From contig JBFXKG010000001.1 of NCBI GenBank assembly GCA_050174015.1, positions 160,001 to 224,000 on the forward strand: a DNA stretch of 64,000 bases. The letters run 5' to 3'. Made by a program: the position numbers and the translations under genes. Below, piece by piece: positions 1 to 9,715 of the stretch. Each line of letters opens with the position of its first letter. Positions within the stretch are counted from its first letter, which is position 1. This stretch comes from Candidatus Krumholzibacteriia bacterium (GTDB lineage: Bacteria; Krumholzibacteriota; Krumholzibacteriia; LZORAL124-64-63). The notes beneath the pieces are model-generated. The model saw nothing but the letters and a program-made list of their open reading frames with translations, had not been told where the DNA came from and ran no database searches.

Positions 1-1
1 G

Positions 2-163
2 CTGCAGCGGACCCTGGAGGAAGGACTGAAGGCCATCGAGGCCGCCAGGACTCCCGCCGAGGCCGAGGTGGCCCGGCTGCAGGCCAAGGCCCGAATGGAG
101 GACCTGCAGCGCCGGTGGGAGGAAGCCTTCCCGCCCGAACCGGTGGGAAGCGGGTCCCGCTGA
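2..163 (+). CDS. 3' end of a CDS truncated by the window edge (helical C-terminus, unknown function)
   Basis: Open frame LQRTLEEGLKAIEAARTPAEAEVARLQAKARMEDLQRRWEEAF...SR* with GC-rich codon usage, TGA at 161-163. Confidence 0.6.
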   Translation: MQRTLEEGLKAIEAARTPAEAEVARLQAKARMEDLQRRWEEAFPPEPVGSGSR

Positions 164-290
164 TCCCGACGGGAGGACAGGCGGCCGCCGCTGTGGTAGA
201 ATGGAAGCCCGGACGAGTCCGCCCACTCCTGCGGCCAGGAGTGGAGGGAACCGTCCGGGCTTCGGCACGCCACAACCCGGAAGGACAACG

Positions 291-3125
291 ATGCTGCGCC
301 GAACCTCGAACCCGGCCCCGGCCGTTCTGCTCATCTTGGTGACCACAGGTCTCCTGATCCTCGCGGCCGGGGCAGCCCCGGCCGCCACGGGCGTGCACAC
401 CACCTATTTGTGGCACATGCACCAGCCGATCTACTGGCCGGATGAAAGCGTCTGGACCCCCGGCCGGTACGAGACCGCCTACGAGACCATCACCCTCGGC
501 CACAGCCAGAACGACGAGTTCGACATCTTCAACAAGGACGACCGGGTCGCCGACTACCAGTGGTATCCCAAGGACGCCATCGCTTCGGTTCTGGACCTGC
601 CCGACGCCGGCGCCCAGGTCTCGTTCGCGGGCGCCCTGATCGAGAACGTCTTCAGCCTGGGCGATGCGGGCTGGAACGGGGGGCGCTACGCGTCCAACTG
701 GTACTCGTACTACCGCACGGCCATGGGCTGGACCACTTCGGCGGGCAAGCGGCGGCTCGATCCGGTGCTGGTGGGCTTCCATCACGCCATCGGTCCTTTG
801 CTCGACGAGAACGCCCTGGCCATGGAGCTGGCCTGCGCCCGCGCGATCTGGAACCGGGCCTGGGGCCCCGGCGCGGTCAGCACCGGGTTCTTCCCGGCCG
901 AGATGTGCTTCAGCGAGCGCATGATCCCCGCCCTGGTGGACGCCGGGGTGACCTGGACCATCGTGCCTGACCTGCACCTCGCCCGCGCCTGCGGCAACTA
1001 TCCTTATCAGGCGAACCTGGACAACTGCGATCCGCCCAACCGGGCGGACATGGTCAACCCCGACCAGGCCGATTGGACCAGCCACACCATCTCGCGCGGC
1101 GTCACCCTGAAGATCCCCTATCCGTTCGGATTCACGCCCCACCGGGCGCAGCACGTCGATCCCCGTGACGGATCGATCAGCAGCCTGGTGGTCGTTCCGG
1201 CCGCCAACGCCATGGGCTGGGAGGAGGGTTACGGCCTGTTCGGGACCGGGGGCATCGACGCCATCGCCGCAGCCAACGACCCTGGGCGGCCCATGCTGGT
1301 GCTGTTCGCCCACGACGGCGACAACGCCTGGAGCGGCGGCTACAGCTACTACAACGAGAACGTGACGCAGTTCGCTCACAGCGCGGCCGCTTCGGGATAC
1401 ACGCCGACCACCGTGGAGACGTACCTGGCGCAGCATCCGGTGCCCCTGGGCGACGTCGTCCACGTGGAGGACGGCGGCTGGGTCAACGCCGACGGCGACT
1501 TCGGCTCGCCCCAGTTCATCAACTGGAACTGGCCCCTGGTGGACGCCTCGGGGCAGTTCGACATCCCCGGCGGCTGGGCCGAGGACGAGCGCAACTGGGC
1601 CGTCCTGACGGCCGCCCAGAACCGCGTGGAAACCGCCGCGCAGATCATCGGCAGCGTGGATCCGGCGAAGGTCGTGGACCCGCTGTCCGGGGCCAACTCG
1701 GCCGAGCGCGCCTGGCACTTCCTGCTGGCCGGCTACGAGAGCGGCTACATGTATTACGGCTCGTCGCTGGACATGGAGATCAAGGCGACCCTGGCCTGCA
1801 ATCAGGCCGTCGCCCTGGCCGACCCGGTGATCGCTGGCGGCGCCGACCTCACCGCGCCCACGGTGTGGCTGCCCCAGCGGCTGCCCTGGAATCCCGGCGG
1901 CTTCGGCGGCGGCAGCCTGTGGGGCTGGCCCTCGGGCGAGGGCGCGGCGATGACCTCGGCCTTCCACGTCTGGACCTTCGCCCACGACGTCTCGGGCCTG
2001 GCGCGCGTCGAGCTGATGGTGCGCGAGGACACGGACGGCGTGAACGACCCTGTGACCACCGTGAACGAGACCTACGCCGGCGGCGCGGGGGTGAGCGCGT
2101 GGTTGCCCGTGCCGATGAACCATCGCGTCATGCCGTCGGGCGAGCCCTGGGACATCCCCGGTGTGGATTTGACGGTGCTTCCGGTACACATCGCCGACCA
2201 GTACTGGCTCGAGCTGTCGGGCTACAGCGACGTGCTGCTGGACTACTACGTCGAGGCCGAGGACGCCCAGGGCAACGTCAAACGCACGCCCATCCAGCAC
2301 GTGTACGTGGGGACGGGGGACGGCGGCGGCGGAGGCGGCGACGAGGCGTTCGTCATGGACGGCGTGCTGGACGAGGACGTTGGAGCCGTGGCTGCCGGGT
2401 CCCTGAACGTATACGCCGATGTGCGGGACGGCTGGCTCTATCTCGCCACCGATGCTCCCGCCGCTGCGGCGGGCAATGACGCCTTCCTGTTCCTGGGCGA
2501 GTCGTCCGCGGGCGCGGTCGCTGCGCCGTGGGCCAAGGCCGGACAGACCGCGCCGTGGCTGCGTTTTCTGGCCCGGGAGAACGACAACGGCTGGACGGGC
2601 TGGTTCGACGCGGCGCAGACGGTCCTGGACACGCCGTCCCTGGTCAAGGGCTCGGGCGTCGTCCTCGAAGGCGCGGTCGACCTGGACGCCCTGTTCCCCG
2701 GCGGCTGGCCGGCCTCGGTGTGGGTCGCGGCCGCGGTCTACGCCACTGCGGACGGCGGTGCGCTGGCCGGTCAGGCGCCTGCGGGCGACGGCGACGGGAA
2801 CCTGGAGGCCGCCGAATATGTTGAAATTCCTTTGGGCCTATCTTCGGTGCCCGGCAGAGAAACCGCCGCTGTGCGGCTGCGGGCCTGGCCCAATCCCTTC
2901 AACGCACGATTGAGCTTCACGGTGGAGGGTTCGGTCCCCGGCGGCGCGCAGATCCGTATCCACGACGCGAAGGGCCGGCAGGTGCGGGTGCTCGAGGCCG
3001 CCGGTCCCGTCGTCGAGTGGGACGGCGCGGACCAGGCCGGCCGCTCGCTGCCCAGCGGCGTCTACTTCGCGCGGGTGGTGGGCGAGGGGAACCGGGCCGT
3101 GGCGAGGGTGTGCCTGGTGAAGTAG
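291..3125 (+). CDS. Secreted GH57/GH119-like alpha-glucan hydrolase with C-terminal FlgD-Ig/T9SS-like domain
   Basis: Signal peptide; HMHQPIYWP, GFFPAEMCFSE and HDGDNAW motifs typical of the GH57 clan; tail PNPFN...IHDAKGRQVR...WDG...LPSGVYF; ATG at 291 after AAGGA. Confidence 0.75.
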   Translation: MLRRTSNPAPAVLLILVTTGLLILAAGAAPAATGVHTTYLWHMHQPIYWPDESVWTPGRYETAYETITLGHSQNDEFDIFNKDDRVADYQWYPKDAIASVLDLPDAGAQVSFAGALIENVFSLGDAGWNGGRYASNWYSYYRTAMGWTTSAGKRRLDPVLVGFHHAIGPLLDENALAMELACARAIWNRAWGPGAVSTGFFPAEMCFSERMIPALVDAGVTWTIVPDLHLARACGNYPYQANLDNCDPPNRADMVNPDQADWTSHTISRGVTLKIPYPFGFTPHRAQHVDPRDGSISSLVVVPAANAMGWEEGYGLFGTGGIDAIAAANDPGRPMLVLFAHDGDNAWSGGYSYYNENVTQFAHSAAASGYTPTTVETYLAQHPVPLGDVVHVEDGGWVNADGDFGSPQFINWNWPLVDASGQFDIPGGWAEDERNWAVLTAAQNRVETAAQIIGSVDPAKVVDPLSGANSAERAWHFLLAGYESGYMYYGSSLDMEIKATLACNQAVALADPVIAGGADLTAPTVWLPQRLPWNPGGFGGGSLWGWPSGEGAAMTSAFHVWTFAHDVSGLARVELMVREDTDGVNDPVTTVNETYAGGAGVSAWLPVPMNHRVMPSGEPWDIPGVDLTVLPVHIADQYWLELSGYSDVLLDYYVEAEDAQGNVKRTPIQHVYVGTGDGGGGGGDEAFVMDGVLDEDVGAVAAGSLNVYADVRDGWLYLATDAPAAAAGNDAFLFLGESSAGAVAAPWAKAGQTAPWLRFLARENDNGWTGWFDAAQTVLDTPSLVKGSGVVLEGAVDLDALFPGGWPASVWVAAAVYATADGGALAGQAPAGDGDGNLEAAEYVEIPLGLSSVPGRETAAVRLRAWPNPFNARLSFTVEGSVPGGAQIRIHDAKGRQVRVLEAAGPVVEWDGADQAGRSLPSGVYFARVVGEGNRAVARVCLVK

Positions 3126-3218
3126 GTCGCGATCATCATTCGATGGTGTTGTGCGGCCGCCGGGCTCTGCGGGTTCGGCGGCCGTTTCGTGGGGCGCGGC
3201 CCCCCGGCGGGCTTTTCG

Positions 3219-3227
3219 TGGTATAAT
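3219..3227 (+). promoter_or_regulatory. Extended -10 sigma70 promoter (TGgTATAAT) for the beta-helix gene
   Basis: Exact TG-n-TATAAT about 47 nt upstream of ATG 3274. Confidence 0.6.
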
Positions 3228-3273
3228 CACAGGAGGAATATTCCAGCGGGTATCCTCGACCGTGAGGCGGAAC

Positions 3274-4481
3274 ATGAGATTCAAACCCATTCCTGCATTC
3301 CCGAGCGGATGTTTCGTGGTAGCCATGGCCGTTTTAAGCTTGGCCATCTTCTGCTTGGCCATCTCGTCGCCGGGGCATGCCGCCACGATCACCGTGATGC
3401 AGGATGGCAGCGGGGATTTTGTGGAGATCCAGCCGGCCCTGGATGCGGTGGCCTCCGGTGACACCCTGCTGATCGGGCCGGGGGAATTCACTCAACTGAT
3501 ACCGTCGTACATCCCCGGCTATGCCTGGGACGTGGATGTGTGTGCCTATGTTCATGTGCCGGCATTGACGATCATCGGCGCGGGTGCATCCCAAACCATT
3601 TTGGGGCCGACGACCTATTTCGGTAGTCGGGCGACTTTTTCCCCCAAGTGTTTAGTGTGGCTGGAAGGGAGTGAGCGGTATATCCAGGGGATCACTTTCC
3701 GGAATTGCTACGACGGGATTCATGTGACCAATGGTCCCGTTTTTATTGAGGATTGCGAGTTTGTGGGCAACCGAGGAATGGGTATCATTTGGCAGTCGGA
3801 CGTATCTGGGGGACTGATCCGGAATTGCAGAATGTCTTCGAACTCAATTGGATCATTTGGCTTTTATGTAGTGGGTTACGGCTCGGATATGATTATCGAG
3901 AACTGTGAATTTGACGGAGTTGAGTCCTATTTGGCCACTGTCGACAACGTCAATATCATTGATTGTGAAATGAAGAATGCGCGCGTGGCCCTGCAGTTGG
4001 CTGCGGGGGCTAGCGGTGTTCTTTATAGTTGTTATTTTCACGATTTCACTAATTATGGGGTGGCGTTGACGGCAGTTGCACCGCATTTGGACATTTTTGA
4101 TTCCGTTATTGACGGCGACTGGGGTTCGGTCTATGTGTCAGATGATGGATCTCTTTTGCCAGCGGGACAGAATTCTACGCTGGATATTCTCCCTTTTATT
4201 TCCAGAATTCCGGACCTGTCGAAGTCCATGATAGTCACATAATCACTCGTGGGTCATATGCGATTTATTTGCGATATCAGGCGGAGATATACGGTCCCGT
4301 CGTTCATGATTTCACCCGGAACTACTGGGGTACGACAGATGCTGCTCAGGTGGCCGAGTGGATCTGGGACGGCAACGACGATCCCAGCCTGCATGCCACG
4401 GTGCTGTTTCAGCCGATGGCCAACGGTCCGGTGGGGTCCGAAACGACCTCCTGGGGGGATCTGAAGGCACTGTGGAGGTAG
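3274..4481 (+). pseudogene. Secreted right-handed beta-helix protein split by a -1 frameshift at the T-run 4154-4157 (true pseudogene or sequencing error)
   Basis: N-terminal ATITV..DGSGDF..IQPALD..GDTLLIGPG and IxxCxF repeats; one extra T in CTTTTG joins ORF 3151-4242 to the frame reading ...FASGTEFYAGYSPFYF...NYWG...TTSWGDLKALWR*. Confidence 0.75.
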
Positions 4482-4651
4482 CGGCGCAGTATTGACCAAG
4501 TCCTGTCCCCAATGGGCAGCCGCTTGCCCTTGAAACATTGATGGAATTTTTGTCCGAGAGGTGCAAAACTGCCTCATATGAGGCTATTTCGATCGCAGAA
4601 GTATCACGGCCCGGCCCTTCTCCTCCAAGACTCAAACCCTCCGCATGGTAC

Positions 4652-4682
4652 AAAAAGCCCGGGGCGCATGGCCCCGGGCTTT
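4652..4682 (-). terminator. Rho-independent terminator after the small Cys-rich lipoprotein
   Basis: AAAGCCCGGGGC / GCCCCGGGCTTT stem with a T tract on the minus strand. Confidence 0.75.
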
Positions 4683-4703
4683 GCTGATCTCGGTAACAAT
4701 CGC

Positions 4704-5072
4704 TCAGTGATCGTGGCCATCGGTGCCTGGATGTTCCGGGTGCTCCGCGGTCTTCTCGGCCTCGATCTTCGCCAGGCAGCCCTTGCAGAACCACTTGCCG
4801 TCCACTTCGGTCATCTGGGCCTCGGGCACGGCCGTCATGCCGCAGCCGCCGTCGCAGTCGTGGACGGCCACGGCATCGACCGCGGGCTGGATCTTGCCGG
4901 CGCAGGCCGAGCAGTAGACCTTGCCCTCGATGGTCTTGGCATCGGCATCGGCCACCTTCATTCCACAGGTCGAACAGGACTGGGCGTTCGCGTCGCCGCC
5001 GCCGCAGCCGGAAAGCAGGGCGAGGGCCAGGATCGCCGCGAGCAGGGCGGCGGGGATCAGGAACTTCTTCAT
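4704..5072 (-). CDS. Small lipoprotein with two YHS/TRASH-like Cys clusters and His-rich tail (putative metal binding)
   Basis: MKKFLIPAALL...LLSGC lipobox; CSTC..CSAC and CDGGC..CKGC; tail HPEHPGTDGHDH; GGAGG SD. Confidence 0.75.
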   Translation of the reverse strand: MKKFLIPAALLAAILALALLSGCGGGDANAQSCSTCGMKVADADAKTIEGKVYCSACAGKIQPAVDAVAVHDCDGGCGMTAVPEAQMTEVDGKWFCKGCLAKIEAEKTAEHPEHPGTDGHDH

Positions 5073-5155
5073 GATCTTCCTCCAGGTTCGGGGACTGGGG
5101 GCAACGGGTGCATTCTCCATGAATCGGTAGGAACTTGGCAAGCCGCAATCCCCGG

Positions 5156-6571
5156 TCACGTTTCGGGGGCCGCCTCGAACCGGCCGACCACGAGGAAGAC
5201 CACCAGGCTCAGCGGCAGGGCGAAACAGGCCGCGTCGAGGTCCCAGGGCAGGGACCAGCCCCCGATGATGAGCACCAGGGCCGTGGTGCCTCCGGCCAGC
5301 ATGGAGGCGATGGCGGCGGCGGGCCCTCCCCGGCGCAGGTAGAAGGCCCCCAGGGTGGGAATGAACAATCCCGAGACCATGAAGGCGTAGGCGTAGAGGA
5401 TGGCGTCGAGCACCGACTGGAAGCGGGAGGCCAGCAGGACGGCCGCGAGACCGACCAGGGCGGTGACCAGCATGGACAGCCGCATCTGGGCGCGGTCGCC
5501 GCTGGCCCAGGGCAGCAGCCGGGCGGCCAGGTCGTTGACGAAGTTGCCGGAGGACGCCATCAGGCAGCTGTCGGCCGTCGACATGATGGCCGAGAAGTAG
5601 GCGGCGATCACCAGGCCGGCCACCCCGGCGGGCAGCACGTCGGCGATGAGCAGGGGCAGTCCCATCTCGGGATCCACGTCGGGGAACAGCACGCGGCTGG
5701 CCATGCCCAGGATCACGCCGCTGAAGGCCATCAACGGGTACTCGAGCAGCCCGGCAAGGTACCAGGCCTTGCGCGCCTCGCGGACGTCCTTGCAGGCGTA
5801 GATGCGCTGGTACAGGGTCATGCCCACGAACCAGATGGGGATGATGGTGACCGCCCAGTTGACGATCAAGGTCGGCGAGATGTGGAAGGGATCGAAGTGC
5901 GCCGCCGGCAGGGCCTTTTTCATCGCTGCCCAGCCGCCCACGTCGTGAAGCCCCACGGGAATGGCGAGGAACAGGAGGCCGCCCAGCAGGATCATCCACT
6001 GGACCGTGTCGGTGTAGATGACGGCCTTCAGGCCGCCGACCACGGTGTAGCTGATGGTGATGCCCGCGATGGCGAAGAGGGCGAACTGCAGGGGGTCCAG
6101 CCCGAAGGGCGCGGTGCGGAACACCGTGGCCGAGGCCAGCTTGGCCCCGGCGAGGATCTGACCGCCTGTGAAGCCGAGGTAGCCGATGCCCGAGATCACC
6201 GCGGCGATCAGGGCGGTCCGGTCGCCGTAGCGCCAGCGGAGCAGGTCGGGAAAGGTGAACAGGGCGAGGTCGCGGTCGAGGCCCTTGACCCGGGGGATGA
6301 GGACCACGGCCGTCAGCCAGGCCCCCACCAGTCCGGTGAACAGGAGCCAGGCGCCGGACAGGCCCATGGCGAACCCCAGCCCGCCCAGCCCGATGGAGAA
6401 TCCTCCGCCCACGTCGGTGGCCACGACCGACATCCCCACGTGGGACCAGCCCATGCTGCGGCTGCCGACGTAGTAGTCGTCGAGGTTCTCGTTGCGGCGG
6501 AAATGGTAGACGCCGACGGCCATGACGCCGGCCAGGTAGACGATGAAGATGATGTTGTCGAGCAGGGTCAT
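5156..6571 (-). CDS. Sodium:solute symporter (PutP/OpuE-like), probable osmolyte transporter
   Basis: Many TM segments; [32 protein letters not shown] and AIMSTADS motifs; overlaps the ablB stop. Confidence 0.9.
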   Translation of the reverse strand: MTLLDNIIFIVYLAGVMAVGVYHFRRNENLDDYYVGSRSMGWSHVGMSVVATDVGGGFSIGLGGLGFAMGLSGAWLLFTGLVGAWLTAVVLIPRVKGLDRDLALFTFPDLLRWRYGDRTALIAAVISGIGYLGFTGGQILAGAKLASATVFRTAPFGLDPLQFALFAIAGITISYTVVGGLKAVIYTDTVQWMILLGGLLFLAIPVGLHDVGGWAAMKKALPAAHFDPFHISPTLIVNWAVTIIPIWFVGMTLYQRIYACKDVREARKAWYLAGLLEYPLMAFSGVILGMASRVLFPDVDPEMGLPLLIADVLPAGVAGLVIAAYFSAIMSTADSCLMASSGNFVNDLAARLLPWASGDRAQMRLSMLVTALVGLAAVLLASRFQSVLDAILYAYAFMVSGLFIPTLGAFYLRRGGPAAAIASMLAGGTTALVLIIGGWSLPWDLDAACFALPLSLVVFLVVGRFEAAPET

Positions 6572-7524
6572 CCGGCTGAGCCCGCTGCGGATTCGATGCC
6601 GGGATTCCTGCACCAGATGTTCATGGATTCCCAGCCGTTGGGCATGCGGCAGTTGTTGATCAGCCGCCCGGTCCAGCGGTAGCCCAGCTTCCCGAAGACG
6701 CAGTTCATGCCGACCTCGTCCGCGCGGGCCAGGGTGTAGAGGTCCGTGATGCCCAGGTCGCGCTTCACGTCGCGGGCCAGCCGGTGCAGCAGGTAGGCCA
6801 TGTGCCCGCTGCCCCGCTGGTCGGGTCGGGTGGCGCAGTCGGTCATCTCCGCCGAGGCGCGGGGGTGGTCGATCTCGGCCGACGCCGAGGCCACCACCGA
6901 TCCGGTCTCATCCACCATGAAGCGGAAGACATGGGTTCCCTCGGCGATCTGGTCCCGGATGATCTCCGGGGCGATGGGGGTGGGATAGTCGGCGAAGGTG
7001 GCGTCCATCAATTCGGCGATGGCGGGCGCATGCGGGGGATCGGCACGGTGGCAGAAGAATCCCGGGGCGGGTTCGGGCTGGATGGGATCCTTGGCCGCCG
7101 CGATCTGGACGATCCGATCGTGCTCCGCGTCCCGCGGAGCATCGCTGCGCTGTTCGTCGCCGAAGGCGGCCCAGATGTGGGCGTCGTCGCCGTCGGCGAA
7201 GAACCCCTGGATGATTCCTTCGTGGAGGTAGCCGGCCGTGACCCAGGACATCTCGTCGCCGGGCCGCGCGTAGACGGTCAGCTTGGTGTACAGGTCGGCG
7301 CAGGTGCGCAGGCCGTCCTTCCAGCCGCGCAGCTCGGGTTCCTTGGCCTCGTCGGCGGTCGGACCGTAGAGTTTAAGGCGCCGGTTGGGGACGTCCAGGA
7401 CCAGGTCGGCGGGTTCGCCGTCGCCGGGGGAGGCTTCCGACCTCCGGTGGCCCGCCAGGGGCAGGCTCGTGCCGCCCAGGTCCCCACCGAACAGGGATTC
7501 CAGCCGCCTACGGGCGTCATTCAT
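6568..7524 (-). CDS. ablB: Putative beta-lysine N-acetyltransferase (GNAT)
   Basis: C-terminal part of ORF 6568-9207 from [54 protein letters not shown]; directly downstream of kamA. Confidence 0.8.
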   Translation of the reverse strand: MNDARRRLESLFGGDLGGTSLPLAGHRRSEASPGDGEPADLVLDVPNRRLKLYGPTADEAKEPELRGWKDGLRTCADLYTKLTVYARPGDEMSWVTAGYLHEGIIQGFFADGDDAHIWAAFGDEQRSDAPRDAEHDRIVQIAAAKDPIQPEPAPGFFCHRADPPHAPAIAELMDATFADYPTPIAPEIIRDQIAEGTHVFRFMVDETGSVVASASAEIDHPRASAEMTDCATRPDQRGSGHMAYLLHRLARDVKRDLGITDLYTLARADEVGMNCVFGKLGYRWTGRLINNCRMPNGWESMNIWCRNPGIESAAGSAG

Positions 7525-7559
7525 GCGAACGGAATGGATGGCTTCATCCTTTCTGCAGC

Positions 7560-9041
7560 TCAGTCCTGGGCCGCCAGTTCCATGCCGCTGAGGCCCGAGG
7601 CCAGCAGGGCTTCCTTGATCATGCGATCGTGCTCGCGCGACTGCTCCCAGCGGGCGCGGCCTTCGGCCGGCAAAAGATCGATGGGGTCGAAGTAGAGGTA
7701 GACCCGGGAATCGTCCACGGCGGGACTGCGGTAGACGCTGATCCCGGTCGTCTCGTCGTAGTAGTCGAAGCTGTGCAGGTCCCGCTTGCCGCCGCCTCCG
7801 GGGACGTCGGTCACGAAGGTCGGGGTGTTGAATCCGGCGGTCGAGCCGCGGACCTGGCGTTCGATCTCCATGGAGTCCTCCAAACGCGTCCGCAGCTCCT
7901 CGACGCCCTTGACCATGTCGTGCTGGTAGACGTAGTAGGGCTGGACGTTCATGTAGGACAGCTGCTTGACCAGGCGCACCATCTCCTCGGCCGAATCGTT
8001 GACCCCGCGCACCAGAACGCTCTGGTTGCGCACCTTCACCCCGCGGCGGAACAGCAGATCCATGGCCTGCCGCGAGATGTCGGTGATCTCGTGCGTGCTG
8101 TTGAAGTGGGTGTGGACGCAGACCTCCTTGCAGAGCTCGCGCCCCTTGTCGACCATCTCGCAGAGGGCGTCGGTCCAGCGATGGTCGGTGAGGATCTTCA
8201 TGGGCATCACGGCCGGACCCTTGGTGGCGATCCTGATCCGCCGGATGTGGGGGATGGCCAGCAGGACCTCGAGGATCTCGCGCAGGCGGCGCGGGGGCAG
8301 CATGTAGGCGTCGCCGCCGGAGACCACGACGTCCTCGATCTCGGGCCGGGAGGCCAGGTAGGCGAAGGCCGCCTTCCACCGCTCGTCCTGGGGCTTGTAG
8401 CCCTCCTTGTCCACGGTGTCGGTGCTGCCGCCCACGGCGTAGCTCCGGGTGCAGTAGCGGCAGTAGACCGGACACACGTCCAGGGGCAGGAACAGGGCCT
8501 TGTCGGGGTAGCGGTGCACCAGGCCGGGGGTGGGGGAGTCCTCGGTCTCGTGCAGGCTGTCCAGGGACAGCCGGGGATGGTCCGGCCGCCGGGTGGAGGC
8601 CACCGGGAGGAACTGGATGCGGATGGGATCCGGGTAGGGGTCGTCCCAGTCGGCAAGGCTGAGCAGGTAGGGCGTCAACCGCAGGTTCATGGGGGCCTCG
8701 TGGAGGCCCTGCTCGATGTCGGCCAGGAAGTCCTCGCTGACCAGGCCGGTCAGCAGTTCGCGCACGTCCTTGGCGCTGGTGACCGTGTTGCGCATCTGGA
8801 AGGAGGCGCTCAGGAATTCCTCGCGGTCCACCCCGGCGTAAGCGGGGATGTGCTTCCAGAAGGGGGTCTCGTCGAAGTCCCGGTGTTCGAGGGACCCGGA
8901 CTCGACGGGATCCTTGTCCCCGACAGGAACCTCCACGTCGGCGAGATCCTCCAGTTCGGGGCTGCCCAGGACCTCGGGGGCCACGTCCTTGACGGTGGGA
9001 TTCCCCTCTTTCAGGCGGGGCTGGGAATTGCGCGGGGTCAT
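7560..9041 (-). CDS. ablA: KamA-family radical SAM lysine 2,3-aminomutase
   Basis: HRYPDKALF, CPVYCRYC (CxxxCxxC), SGGD, HTHFN, NQSVL.RGVND, PYYVYQHD and PGGGGK (PLP lysine). Confidence 0.85.
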   Translation of the reverse strand: MTPRNSQPRLKEGNPTVKDVAPEVLGSPELEDLADVEVPVGDKDPVESGSLEHRDFDETPFWKHIPAYAGVDREEFLSASFQMRNTVTSAKDVRELLTGLVSEDFLADIEQGLHEAPMNLRLTPYLLSLADWDDPYPDPIRIQFLPVASTRRPDHPRLSLDSLHETEDSPTPGLVHRYPDKALFLPLDVCPVYCRYCTRSYAVGGSTDTVDKEGYKPQDERWKAAFAYLASRPEIEDVVVSGGDAYMLPPRRLREILEVLLAIPHIRRIRIATKGPAVMPMKILTDHRWTDALCEMVDKGRELCKEVCVHTHFNSTHEITDISRQAMDLLFRRGVKVRNQSVLVRGVNDSAEEMVRLVKQLSYMNVQPYYVYQHDMVKGVEELRTRLEDSMEIERQVRGSTAGFNTPTFVTDVPGGGGKRDLHSFDYYDETTGISVYRSPAVDDSRVYLYFDPIDLLPAEGRARWEQSREHDRMIKEALLASGLSGMELAAQD

Positions 9042-9583
9042 GATCTCTTCCCTTCGGGATGCGCCGGGGCGGGGGCCGGGTGTTCGGCCGCAGCCGTCTG
9101 CGCTTCGATGATGGGCCCTGCTTCGAGCAGGGGGGCCACCTGCTGCTGGCCCATTTCCAGCAGGTCGACGATGGTTTCCAGGGACTGGGCGATGACCAGT
9201 TGCTCACGCTCGGGCAGGCGACGCAGGCCCTGGGCCAGGCGGTCCTGCAGGAGGCCGGGCGCCTCGGCCAGGAACTTCTCGCCGGCCGGGGTGATGTCCA
9301 CCAGGACGACCCGGCGGTCCCCGCTGCCGCGCTGACGCACGATCCATTCCTTCTGTTCGAGCCTGTCCAGGATGCCCACCACCGTGCTGTTGCTCAGGTG
9401 GATCAGCTTGGCCAGGGCCGAGGTGGTCAGGGGTCCGTCGTCGTGCAGGGTCTGCAGGCAGAGCAGCTGGGGACCGGTCACCATGAACTCGGCCGACAGC
9501 TTGCGGGAATGGATGTCCACCGCCCGCATGATCCGCCGCAACGAGCGGAAGATCCACAGATCGAAGGAACTGGATTCGGACAT
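9038..9583 (-). CDS. MarR-family regulator (EctR/CosR-like)
   Basis: SLRRIMRAVDIHSRKL...TGPQLLCL...LSNSTVVGILDRLE...DRR winged helix; overlaps the ablA start. Confidence 0.9.
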   Translation of the reverse strand: MSESSSFDLWIFRSLRRIMRAVDIHSRKLSAEFMVTGPQLLCLQTLHDDGPLTTSALAKLIHLSNSTVVGILDRLEQKEWIVRQRGSGDRRVVLVDITPAGEKFLAEAPGLLQDRLAQGLRRLPEREQLVIAQSLETIVDLLEMGQQQVAPLLEAGPIIEAQTAAAEHPAPAPAHPEGKRS

Positions 9584-9624
9584 GGCGGCCCATTCCCTTT
9601 CAGGTGAAACCATTTGTCTAAGAA

Positions 9625-9666
9625 TATTTCGTGTAGAAACTAAAATAAGAAAGGGAAGAGTGTCAA
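9625..9666 (-). promoter_or_regulatory. Sigma70 promoter (TTGACA-18-TAGTTT) with an overlapping imperfect palindrome, putative MarR operator
   Basis: TGTCAA at 9661-9666 and AAACTA at 9637-9642 on +; TATTTCGT-GT-AGAAACTA at 9625-9642. Confidence 0.6.
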
Positions 9667-9715
9667 GGGTGATTTTTCTCGTGGTTTATGTAAGCTTATG
9701 GGAGGAAACAAGATG

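Noticed and set aside
3600..4330. Diversity-generating retroelement target
   Set aside because: No reverse transcriptase or template repeat in the window; kept only as a compositional anomaly
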